NCBI GenBank assembly: GCA_003971905.1 | Contig: RSEE01000036.1 | Coordinates: forward strand, 186,001 to 250,000 | Length of the DNA stretch: 64,000 nucleotides | Source of the DNA: Moniliella sp. 'wahieum' | Taxonomy: Eukaryota | Reading direction: 5' to 3' | Shown here: in pieces, positions 51,615 to 62,827 of the stretch | Layout: every line of letters begins with the position of its first letter | How positions within the stretch are numbered: the stretch's first letter is position 1 | Translations under genes and position numbers: made by a program | Notes under the pieces: generated by a model | What the model was told of the DNA's origin: nothing | The model's input: the letters and a program-made list of their open reading frames with translations, nothing else | The model's database searches: none

Positions 51615-52231
51615 CCATTTCATTGACAGAGCTTAAGGGGGACAGGGGGAACGCTACGTCTAAACCTACTAACCGTTCATCTTGCGGGGGTTACTTGGAA
51701 GCGCTACCAAGGTTAAGGAACCGGCGGGATCGCCAGGATATCAGGACCCTCCGGTTCTCGCCATCCGGTCCCGTACCCTAGGAAGCGCGTGTGGACACGG
51801 AGGAACGTGGTTGACATCCGAGCGAGAACCATTTCCACTGAGACTTCGTAGCCAACTCCTTCCAATGCGCAAACAACTTGCCCGCTGTCTTTTGGTGCCG
51901 TAGTATCCTCGCGTCGTCAAAACCAGGGGGAGTTCCCCTAACCTGCTCTTCCCAGAGTGCGTCCCTGGTACTTGGCGTTCTTGTCGCATTCTGCTTGTTC
52001 AAGCAGCAGAAGCAGCTCTTCCTCTCCGGCGTTCCAAGGGGGTTGCGGCCCGGGTGCTCTCATGCACCACCCTCCGGAACGCGCTCTGCGCCCCCAGCGA
52101 TCCCGTGTCGCGCAGCGTGTTGTCTACCTCCATTCCTGAGAGCCTCCGAGTGCTCCGGGCCCCATCACGCGGTAGTCGGTGCGCTGTGTCCTCTGTCTCC
52201 TGCCATCTCTTCCCCACCATAGGTTCGTTGC
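51615..52231 (+). mobile_element. Helitron-like family copy (5' end plus body)
   Basis: Colinear with 44530-45150, including shared GTAGTATCCTCGCGTCGTCAAAACCAGGGGG and GAGTGCGTCCCTGGTACTTGGCGTTCTTGTCGCATTCTGCTTGTTC. Confidence 0.72.
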
Positions 52232-53167
52232 GGACTACTTCTCGTCCAATAGGGCTTTCTTCGTCCTGAGTTACTGTGACATGTGGCTGTGGGCGCCCAC
52301 CGAGGACAGCGATCAATATTTTCATTCGCTTTAAGCTTCTCTCTGTAAGACCGGAGAAACCCAAGGGGTTGGGTGATGAACCTCTGGAAATGTAGAGCAA
52401 TGCAATCGCGGTGGTGGTGGTTAGGTCCTTATGCCACACCTAGAGGAGACAGGGGTTCAAACAAGCCTGCAGTGAGTTAACGTGCAGCTTCGGAGGTCAA
52501 ATCAAACAGGGGCGAAGGGTGATGATCGAGGAGGTGATGCCTTGGCCTAAGTACGGGACCGCGGGTCCCAACAGTTCAAGTTTTGCTTCAAGCTTCGCGA
52601 GGTTCATCACCTCGCTTCTGCACGGAGTATGTGGTGGGCTCAAGCTTCAAGTCTATAAAAAAGAGAAGATGAATTACTATTCCGAGAGAGGAGAGAGCCC
52701 GTGTAGATGAGTGGATAACAACAGCGTTGAAAGTGACCTAGTACTTAGTAGTGACAAGTGCGACGCCCTGCGAGGCCCCACAAGAGGCATCTCATGCATC
52801 ATGCATGATGCAGGTGTGGGGGATATATATTATCTGGTGTGCCTAATACTTCTGTGCCATGTGCATGAGGCCGGCCTGAGGGGCATGAACGTGAACCGTC
52901 AACGTGTGAACGTTGAGTACGTTGAACGTGAAGAACTTCCCACAGTCAACCACATGGGAATCGGGCCTCTCCCACTACAAGATAAGACGAACCAATTCTG
53001 TTCTTTGTTCTACATTCTTGAAAGTGTGCTACCAGTGGCACTTATATGTATGACACGCGAGTAGAGTATTCGAGGTAGCCGTCAGTATAGTAGCCTGTTA
53101 CACTTTAAGTGGCAAGATGTGGTGGTGGACGCAGTGGCTACCTGACATGTGACACACTCTGTTTCAC

Positions 53168-53220
53168 AACCATGTGCGCATATGGTTACTGTGTGCGCGT
53201 AACCATATGCGCACATGGTT
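53168..53220. repeat. Perfect 22-bp inverted repeat with 9-bp spacer
   Basis: AACCATGTGCGCATATGGTTAC (53168-53189) and GTAACCATATGCGCACATGGTT (53199-53220). Confidence 0.97.
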
Positions 53221-53272
53221 ATACTACTACTAGTAGCCAACAGAATGACGTAACGACTGCTAAAGGGAAAAA

Positions 53273-53281
53273 ATATATAAA
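53273..53281 (+). promoter_or_regulatory. Putative TATA box of the small secreted peptide gene
   Basis: ATATATAAA about 100 bp upstream of the ATG at 53382. Confidence 0.5.
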
Positions 53282-53381
53282 CGGCGCCCGTATGCAGCCG
53301 TCCCTCCTTTCCGGACCTTCATCCCCAAATCGGCACACGTTCGGTTTGGCTCTCCTCCTCAGGATTTCTCCGTATCCCATC

Positions 53382-53544
53382 ATGAAGGTTTTACCGTCTT
53401 TGCTCTCGCCGCTGTTCTAGCCACCGTGGTCGGTGCAGCCCGGTCCCAGCCCCCAGCCCGGCCCCGCCAGTCCCGGCCCCAGTCCCAGCTCCTAACGAGG
53501 ACGCGATTGCCACGCACTGCATCATTCTTAAATGTGGATTGTAA
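53382..53544 (+). CDS. Small secreted peptide precursor (~54 aa: signal peptide, Pro-rich propeptide, CxxxxC tail); needs two homopolymer corrections
   Basis: Adding one T (GGTTTTACC) and one C (GCCCGG) gives MKVFTVFALAAVLATVVGAAPVPAPSPAPPVPAPVPAPNEDAIATHCIILKCGL*. Confidence 0.65.
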
Positions 53545-54855
53545 TGACGTTCTTCCACAATGGAAGATATCATCATCTACTGTGCCAAGTTCCCACACAG
53601 CAATTGTGTGGGTCTCATTTTTACTACGTTTTGGCCACACACATCTCATCAAGCTGAACTTTTTTGGGTCAAATCCGCGGTGACAATTCCACATTCCAGT
53701 GTATTATGGGTGGGCAGTATACGAGCTCCATCTAGTCCACAACACGGATGGCATGAACAACGCGCTATGACATTTTGATGCCAAGTACACACACTTTCCC
53801 ACCCATTTTGTAGTCCTTTTTGACTTAGGGTTCCGCATATGACCACGTATAGGGGGCGTGCGAAGGAGCCGAGAGTAATATAGGTTGTTGCAGTGCGATA
53901 CATGCTACAATACCGTCGTGGCCACACTCAGAAGGTTGTCTTTGCCGTTTCGAAGGACGCCAATCACGGTATCCATTTTTGTGCTATCAACGGCATCCAG
54001 CATTCAACAGTCTGGGGTCTCTGATGAATACTCAGCATTCATATATGTCACATGCATATCGTAGGACGTGACCCTATAGCGGACGGAACGGACTATCTCA
54101 TCATGATGGCAGGCGCATATGACCAAAAGGGTTCACGACGGGTCGGCAGGATGTTTTGATGCTGGTGTAAACCACTGATCCCACAAAATGAGAGGCTATG
54201 TGCAAGACAAAACCCACAGACATGATATCTCCACAACCACATTATACACTGTGCCACGCCTGCGCATCACATGGGTGGGTGAGAGACTAGAAACAAGGAA
54301 TGCGCTATATCAGGCTTCATCATGGCGATGTGTGGTCTCCCCCACAACCAAAGGATCGCATCATCATATGCAATAGCATTTTGTATGTACTAACCCCGGC
54401 CTAGAGTAATTAGTATAGAACCAAACTTGGTATCTTCTGGCCTCAACAATGAATCATGAAGAGAACAGGAGGGTTTGCATGAGAGACCCCATGATGATGG
54501 GCGTTCTAGGCACTACAGGTGACGTACAACACAGCCAATAGGATGATACGCGATGATTCATCGCGTACAGTCAAAGCGGCCATCACAATGACTACTGGTC
54601 GGTTTGAGCGCTATAGTCCGTGCCAGGAGCACGGAAACAAGGCTGGAATAACCCCAGATCACAGTTGGCTCCCTTTAACGGCTGGGGTTCCGAAAGCAAA
54701 AGTTGTGTCCACTGGATAATAATGCTGATATGTGCAAACAAAAGATCCATTTTCCCTTGGCCGATTTAGTAGAAAAGACATGCAGTAAGACGGTGACGTG
54801 CCCCAGGTTGCATTCGAGTGGATGCACCCACATCCACACGCCCTGATAGTAATCA

Positions 54856-55081
54856 CGAGGAGGACCACCGGCCTACGGCCCGGTCGGCTGGGCTTCGCCC
54901 CAGCTGGTGCTGCGTCGCCACTTAGCCACCGTAGCCACCGTTCCCCCATCGCCACCGTTCACCGGCCACGTTCACGCTGGAAGAGACGAAATAATCACCG
55001 ATTGTTGCTGGTGGCTGGGACGGGTGGCTGCGCCACCCGGGCTGACGTGAGGCTTATGTAAAAGTGCACAGGCGTTTCCCA
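54856..55081 (-). mobile_element. Helitron-like 3' portion
   Basis: Reverse complement is homologous to 32420-32627 and ends ACCGGGCCGTAGGCCGGTGGTCCTCCTCG-T. Confidence 0.7.
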
Positions 55082-55499
55082 TCGCTATATTCTCTAGGTG
55101 TACAGAACGCATCATGGATACGCCATCGCTCACTTAACAGAGCGGCACACACCAGGTGAAAAGGGCCATCATGCAATGACTGGTCATCCCGGTCATTGGG
55201 CCTCATAAGCATATTGCTAAAAACTGTGATCAGGCACGTAACCCGTAATGAGAATTGACTCCAAGGAGCACAAAAAGACATAGAAAACGAGAAAGATATA
55301 AAAAGCAACACAATACTTTGTGGACAAACAAGGCGCGGCGAGACATGACGAGCAGGGTGGGTGTGAGGTCAAGATGATGGGACGAACGAATATAAGCACA
55401 GGAGAGTCTATAGTGGACACAGAGGTGGTAAGCGTTGGGCAAACAGGATCTTGGGGCACCCTAGACAACGAGATGCAGCAAGAAAATCGTAGGTGCAGC

Positions 55500-57144
55500 C
55501 TAGGAAAAAAACGGGAGCCGAGCGAGCTGTGATGGATAGACGACTGCCTGCGAATAGGGCGGTAGCACGGCACGGATCGTCCTTGGCCAGACACATGAGC
55601 GCTCCTGCTGCTGAACGGTCCATTCCCGGATCGGTTCCCACATCGACCAGGGTAGCTTGGGAGGACCAGCGAGTGGGCGGGGCAAAGCGGCATCCCGAGT
55701 CAGATACGTCCGAGGCCGGCCCTGAGAATGAACCGAACCCGAACCTGGGCCTGTACCAGCGGAAACGAGTCCGACTGACTTAGAGCTCCCGCTGTAACTG
55801 GTCCGCATCGCATTGCCACAGTCGTCAAATGGCTCAATGCGAGCACGCTTGCGCCTTTCTTGGTCGTTCCACTCACCATCCACAGGCATTACCACGTTGG
55901 AGTCAGACGAACGCTTGCGATCCATCAGAGGCTCCAAGTGCACTTCGGGGTCAGGATATTCAGCCAGATCGATGTTGATAGGCCATCCCGAACCGTCGGT
56001 AGACGTGAAACGAGGGTCGTCATCCACCCGACGGAAGAGACGGTTACGCAGGTCTCGCTTATGGTAGTAGGAAATAATGTGCAGTTTACGACCGGAAGTG
56101 GTCGTCACCGTGAAAGACTGTTTCAGTAGACCGTCGACTTTGTACTCGTTGTGTGTGGGGCAACCAGGCGCTCCCGTGCGGCTAGTAGCAATGCAGGTCA
56201 GAGTGTCTGTCCTGAAAAGGGTAGACCAAAAAATAGGGACTTACTGCTTTCGGACCAAGAGCTCGCGGTATGTGAGAAAGCAGCCATTCACTCGACTGGC
56301 GGACCACACGCGTCCATCAGTCCAGCGACGGATACCAGACTCAGCCTCGTCCCACACAAAGACGTTGCCCGAGCGAACAAGGGTAGAGCGCTCAGAGTCT
56401 AGGAGACGACGGCGAAGGCGACGAGGGGGATTGTTGGGCATACTTTCGGGCAAATCGCAGGCAGCCAATAGCTTCAGCGCCTCCTTGGTAGTACGGATGA
56501 GACCGACATATGTGGGTTGTTGCCGCGCTTGCGTGATTTGCACTTGCATTTGCGTCTGAGCCGGCGTAAGGGCTTGTTGGGGGGACGACAAATAAGAGGG
56601 GGGCGGCTGGATAGGCGTCAGGACGGAAGTGGAAACTATTGCTTAGGGACTCAATGATGTGTGTGTGTTTCGCGCTCAAAGCGCTGGGATGCGTAATACG
56701 ACGCATTCACGTAGTCGTCTGCGTGACTGTGAGGATGCTCATGGGCATGAAGGTGAGGATAATAATGGGAAGTGTCATCGTGCAGGCGCGAGTCACGCGG
56801 GAAGGCATACTGCGACTGATGATAAGAGGAGGGTGTGGCGGGAATGGGCAGGAAGGGCCGATGCTGGATGTGATAGTCGCAGGAGGGGCCGACATCGGAG
56901 ACAGGGACGTCGGTGCGTAGCGGGAACGGTATGACTCGGATGGGTCGAGTAGCGCCTGTTGCTGTGTCTGTGGATCGTATGGCAGTGGCAACCATATGGG
57001 TAGGGAAGCGAGACGAATAGGCGGTCTGGGACCGGGATCGCCGAGGGCGGAAGCCCATGGTACTTATGGGTGAGCCATGGGCTGCGCGTGAGCAACAAAC
57101 GATGAGAGTTGGGCGCGGCGGGAAACCCCTGGCGGTTGGGACAT
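55500..57144 (-). CDS. PAC2: Gti1/Pac2 (WOPR-domain) transcription factor, Pac2-like; frameshifted N-terminus
   Basis: PTYVGLIRTTKEALKLLAAC..RRLLDSER..VRSGNVFVWDEAESGIRRWTDGRVWSASRVNGCFLTYRE, intron 56244-56182, YKVDGLLKQSFTVTTTSGRKLHIISYY. Both ends approximate. Confidence 0.9.
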
Positions 57145-57624
57145 GGGATGAATGTGTTCAGGAGGGGAACTGAGGCCTCAGCCTGGGGCACCTGGGCTAG
57201 GCACGGAGGATGTGGCGACTAGAGTGGTGTGTACCGGAGTAGCAACAGTATAGCGCTACGGAAACGGTCGTGGCCAGGTGAATGGAAGCGAGCAGAGCTG
57301 GCTGTGGCGGCGGCAGTGGTGGAGGGTCGGAGCACAGATGGTCGTGTGTTAAGCTTGAAGGCAAAGGCAGCCGTGCGAGGACCAAGAAAAGGCAGATATG
57401 CAGGACCGAGTATCTTCCAAAGCAAGAAAGCAGCCGAGAGTGCTCAGGCTCTGGAGCGCTGAGACTCAGCTCTGGATCCGAGACGGAAGCCCTAGCTTGG
57501 AGGACTGTGCCAGGGCTGTGCCCTGTTTTGCACTATGTACCTGCAGGCTCTTGCGGCGCTTTGGCCATCGCCTCTGCCTGGCACCCGTGTGCAGGTACAA
57601 TTGTCCGCCATATGTACCCCAGGT

Positions 57625-58129
57625 CACATCCATCATCGATCGATCGGGACCTAAGCCTAAGCGCTAAGCTCTCTAAGATCTAAGGGTCTAGCGCCTAAGC
57701 CTAAGGCCCAAGGGCTATCGATCATCGATTATCGGCTATCTTATATCACTTGTTCGATGATCATCGGTCACTAGTCACTAGCTAGTCGCTTGAAGCTTGA
57801 CGCTTAATGCTTGATGCATGATGGATGCATGATGGCCGATCGCTGATCTCGGATCTCAGCCGTGAGCCGATGCACCAGGGTGCGCCCTGGTGCCCCGTTG
57901 TCGCAGTTCCCGTTGTCCCGCAGTTCCCGGAGCTCGTCGACGACGCGTTCGCCACCAGGGACGCACTTCGCTGCCACACATGCATGCATGATTGATACTT
58001 GATCAAATTTCAAATCGATGAACCGATGAACCGTACGCGTACAGATCGATGATCTCGATGATCGAAGGTCATTCAGATGAGCGTTGAAATTTGAAACGTT
58101 GAACTCGTACGCTTGCGATTAATGATTAA
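57625..58129. repeat. Cluster of TNA/4-bp-palindrome heptamer micro-arrays
   Basis: TAAGCGCTAAG, ATCGATCATCGAT, TCACTAGTCACTAG, TGAAGCTTGA, TGATGCATGA, TCAAATTTCA, ATTAATGATTAA. Confidence 0.85.
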
Positions 58130-58865
58130 CTAGAGGACCCCAGGGCTTAAGGCCCGACTTGTGGGTGCTACGTTCCATAGTTCCCTCGTCCACCGTTCCA
58201 TCGTCGCCACCGTAGCCACCGTTCCCCCATCCACCTAGCCACCGGTCCACTTTCGTTATTTCACCTACTATAAATAGCGTCCTGGCGGGTTTGGTTTAGC
58301 GCTGCACAAAACGTGTGATAAGACCACTCTGGTTTTGGCACAGTCGGGGCTAAGGCGAGGGGGAGACCAGGGTCGAGACTTTTCGTGGGGAAGGAGCAAG
58401 AGTAGAGGACATAGTGCGAAGTAGAAGGGACAGGGAAAGTGCGAGACGCTCGGGACGAAGAAATTGGAAATGGGAGCGAGATCAGGAAAACTATATGACA
58501 GTAGTCGGTTTTTGGCATAATAGTTTTTTGGTTATATATGACGACGCCAGGATACTGTGCCATGCACCTAGACGGCGAGCAAAAATGTTTGGGCACTTGA
58601 ATGAATGAAACAATGAGAATTACTGAGTCTCCATGGAGATGCCTCACAGCTGTGGTGCCTACCACGCTCATTCGTGTCCACACACCGGCTATCTCCGGTT
58701 TGGAAACGGATGGCGGAGCCCAGAGGGTCCTCATCTGCTGGCGGTTCTTCTGGTTTCCTAACCAGATTTAGCGCCAACAAGAAACACACGCCAGATGAGA
58801 TGGGTTTAGGCCCAGCGTTTCTTTGTCCCACCCTGAACCTCTCTGTCAATGATATGGTTACAATT
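58130..58865 (-). mobile_element. Putative complete non-autonomous Helitron-like element (~735 bp) with unique interior
   Basis: Family 5' motif (reverse complement of CTCTGTCAATGATATGGTTACAAT) at ~58840-58864, GGTGG-rich tract at 58185-58250, and GGGCCTTAAGCCC hairpin then CTAG-T at 58133-58130 on the minus strand. Confidence 0.6.
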
Positions 58866-59758
58866 TCGGGAAGATTGCTGTCCACATGTCCATCGCAACG
58901 CACCGACAGTGTATCATAGCGAGACGCAAAACAGCAGAACTACACGGGATCATGTTTCAGTAACATGCAAGGCCCCGTCGCCCGATGATTGCAATACTCA
59001 GCAGTATTGGATCTCCACTGGACCGCAGTCCACATAATCTGCCAAAAGCTGTCGTCTGACATGCCAGTGGCATGCCACACGAGGAAATGCTATCGGAGGA
59101 TTACTTCTATAGCGCCGAGAGCCTTCGCAGCCTTCGCCTGATTCGCTTTTTCAACATTTATGCCGGTGAGATGGAGCTTAGATGGGAGGGGGAAATTACT
59201 TCAAAGGAGTCAGCTGGTCAGCATCCTCACCGCGCCCTTGTTAGGAGCTTTTTGAATGGGGGGACGTCTTGATGTTGTTGCTCATCGTAGGCGATGTTCT
59301 TCTTCTTCCACAGGGAGATGATGAAGTTCTCGCCTTCCTTTCCTGCACAGCGTATATAACTAAGGAAGCACGGAAGAGGCGGTCCCGCTCAACACAGCAG
59401 TATATGAGACAAACGGTCCCAGATAGCGCCTGGGGGCTACAGCCTGCCATGGCAGCAGCGTGGCCAGGTATCCCATCACATATCACCGCCATAGCACACA
59501 TCACACGTCGTCGCATGTCACATGTCCCTCACGTGCCACTACCGTCGAAGGAAGGACGTAGTCCATTTTGGCAGCCAGAGCTAGTCCAAATTTTAAATTG
59601 CAGTGGTAGGTTATCTCGACCCAATGTGTCAGGCGCAATATTCGCCGCAGCTAGTGTTCCTGTGCTCCAACCCTAGCAGAAGTTCTCCTCCAGAGATGAT
59701 GCCGGACGCTCGTTGTACCTTTCCGGCCAGCTGCTCTTTGACCACCAAGCTATCAAAA

Positions 59759-60137
59759 ATGTCGCGCCTGTACGCCAAGGGCCGCATCCAGGGCCACCAG
59801 CGCTCCAAGCATGTCAGCCACCCGCACCACGTCGCTCATCCAGATCGACGGTGTGAACAACCAGGCGGATGCCAAGTTCTACCTCGGCAAGCGTGTGGCC
59901 TACGTGTACAAGGGTACCAAGGAGATCCGTGGCACCAAGGTCCGTGTTATCTGGGGCCGCGTCACTCGCTCTCACGGCAACTCGGGTATTGTGCGCGCCA
60001 AGTTTGCCACCAACATCCCTCCTGCGGCTTTGGCAAAAGCGTTCGCATCATGCTTTACCCCTCGAACAGTGCGTAGTTCATTCGGTTTTTGCCGCGTCGC
60101 ACAAGGACTAACCCACTGAACCCCTTGTGCAGTCTAA
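59759..60137 (+). CDS. RPL33: 60S ribosomal protein eL33 (L35a)
   Basis: [52 protein letters not shown]; terminal intron 60069-60132; two apparent frameshifts. Confidence 0.96.
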
Positions 60138-61715
60138 CATGCATTGTACACTCTGTGACTGGATGTTATTGCACTCCCAAAATCCAAGTCCATGTACGAG
60201 TCGAGCGATGCCGAACCTCCGGTAATTATCCAGTGCACGCGACCTGTGCTCCTGCATCTTGTCATGGCATACTTTTGGCCTTGTTTTACGGCCAGGTTAC
60301 AGCCGACTTTGCATTTGTGCCAAAACGATCAGGACTATGGAATGGACCATAGCGCATGGGGAAACAAATACCTGCGATATATGTGGGAGGGCATGATTAC
60401 TATGGATCCTGCCGCTCAGAAAAGCTGGTTGGCACCCGTCTTCCGTATGAAGGGGCGGACTAGGGCGGATTAGACCAGCATACTGGGGATGCGAATAAGT
60501 ATTGGTGCTAGCAGGCAGGTTGACTTGCCAAGGGCCTTGTTGGCAAAGAGGTTGGTGCGGCGAGGCGACATACTCTCGACAGCAGCGTTAGTTGATGAGA
60601 CTATTTTCCTGGATATGGCATAGCACCAGTGTGCCTCTCCTCCAATTGAAAGTCCACCACATGGACCCTCCTGGCCGATTCGACCGTGTCTCTCGTTTTG
60701 TTACAGGCGGGGGTTGGCGTGTGCAGATAGTTAAGGTCAGTTTTGCAGAAGAGGGGGAAGTGGGGGACTAATTCACGATTTGAGTCGAAGACCTGAAAAG
60801 GGGCACAGGGAGATATTACCAGTGTCCACGGCGTAACACCACCGCACTTATACATATGAGGACTGTGTATAGTACACGCGCATATATATTGAGCTGGCCT
60901 ACTGCATTCTAACAACTGGAAGGGTCCATACTCACGCACGATCCATAACAAGTGACAGCTGTTGGAAGGTAGGGGTGGTCATGGTGACGGAGAGTGGTAT
61001 GGAGAGGCGGCTGATTTGCGGCGGTGCTGGTATTACAGACGACGCCATCTAGCATTGAAACAAATGCGACATCTGTCGTGATGTGCGACCCACAAGTACG
61101 TCCATGATTGTGGCAAGATCATTGGCTCGCCATGCAGCGTCGGGGACGACCCTCACCTCACTTCGTGCGCTGAGGCACCCCCTAACATGGCATCTCATGC
61201 ACGTTTTCGCGACAAAGATCCTAACCACCCGGAGCATTGATCACCTCAATGACGAAATTCAGGATAGCTACGAAGACGCTCTCATAGGCAGTGGACAAGT
61301 TATTTTCAAGCTCGGCCAGTCGATTGGAGCTTCCCACCGGGCTCTAAAAACATCGACCACATCCTGCGGACATCCGCACGTTCCCCTGTCCATCGTACCA
61401 AGCACTCCACTCATCATCGCGTGTCGGTACTATATATCACAACCATTGGAAGGTGCCATGCTTGAGTGGGTGCATGGCATAGGATGAAACATGCGGTTGG
61501 TCTCAACCTTCATAGAGGCTGCTGGGAGGTAAGGATCTACGCCATCAGAAGGATCACAGGGATAGGTGGAAGGTAAGGAGGGAAAACAGGTAGCCCGTGA
61601 GTAGACCCGCCCGTTCGCCTTCCTCTTTTACCGCTGGTTCGTCAAACAAACGCCGGAGTATGGCACGAAACAAGCCAGGGTTGCTCTTCCCAAAGGAGAA
61701 TCGTCAAGGTGCCAT

Positions 61716-62311
61716 TTAGAACTTCATGGCGTGAGGCTTGTCCGAGTTGCTCAGCGAGAAGGTGGTGGCCAGGTACTTGAGGTGGGTTGGGCCAGCCTTC
61801 TTGACAGCCGCGATGACGGCTTTGTCGATGGCCTTCTGGTCGGCAACCTTAGCAGCGGGGTGGGCCGCCTTGTTGGCCGGGTCAAGGAAGAAGGCCTGCT
61901 CGGGCTTGGGGCCACGGGTCTTCTCCTGAGCGAAGTAGGCATCGGTCACGTTCTCGGGCACCTTAACAGAGCTCACATCGATGTGCGTCGACGTGGCGAT
62001 AACGTAGGCCTGGTTCACACGGCGGAGAGGCACCCGTTCACCTTGAATGGACCCGTGACGAGGAGGAGACCCGACTCGAGCTGCTTGAGGAAGACGACAC
62101 GCTTGCCCGCGAAGCGGCCGGCAAGGAGGATGAGCACAGTGCCGGGCGTAATGCTGGCACGCAGCTTAGAGGGCTTGTTGACCTTGCGCGACACCTTGGG
62201 CTTAGGGGCGTCCACAGCAGGGTAGTACTTGTGGGCCCGCTGGGCGGGCAAAGTACGGGTGCCCTTGCCGAATGGCTTGCTCTGAGTAGCAGCGGCGTTG
62301 ACAGCGGCCAT
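61716..62311 (-). CDS. RPL6: 60S ribosomal protein eL6
   Basis: [78 protein letters not shown]; one apparent frameshift near 62033. Confidence 0.97.
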
Positions 62312-62827
62312 TTTTTTATCTGTGGTGGAGATATGGAAGTCAGATCGGAAGGGCGGTCCAGCGAGCAAGGCAGGGGAACGAGCAAAGGTGGAGCAACGTA
62401 CGAGTTAAGCCTTGATGGTCTTGCGGGTGAGGTGAACGACGATGAGCTGGCCAACGAGGCCAGCGGTAAGCAGAAGCCTGACTGGATGGTGCTAGGGTTA
62501 AGAAGTGGATAATGCACTTTGGAGAGGACGGGACACTGATGATACGCTTGCCCACCAGAATTGCGCCGTAGCTAAACAACGTAGGGTTGGCATCACGTGC
62601 TGGAACTGCATTGCTTTGAACAATACTGAAATCTTTGGAATTTCAAAGATGAAATATCTGTGTCGGTGCATTTGAGCTGCGCGTCAGGGATGATAGGATG
62701 ATCGATGATCGATGGACACCATTCCGCCTGCCCGGATTCCGTGACATTTTTTTCTTTTCCCCCCCACAAGCAGTAGCACTGCCAGGGCTGCCCCACCCCT
62801 CCCCCCACCACCTCTGAGCTCTTCACC

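Noticed and set aside
60300..61500. Possible small minus-strand gene (ATG near 60982, GTGAGT donor, ..CAG|VFDSNRELVPHF) between RPL33 and RPL6
   Set aside because: No recognisable domain and the frames are unreliable; not supportable from sequence alone.
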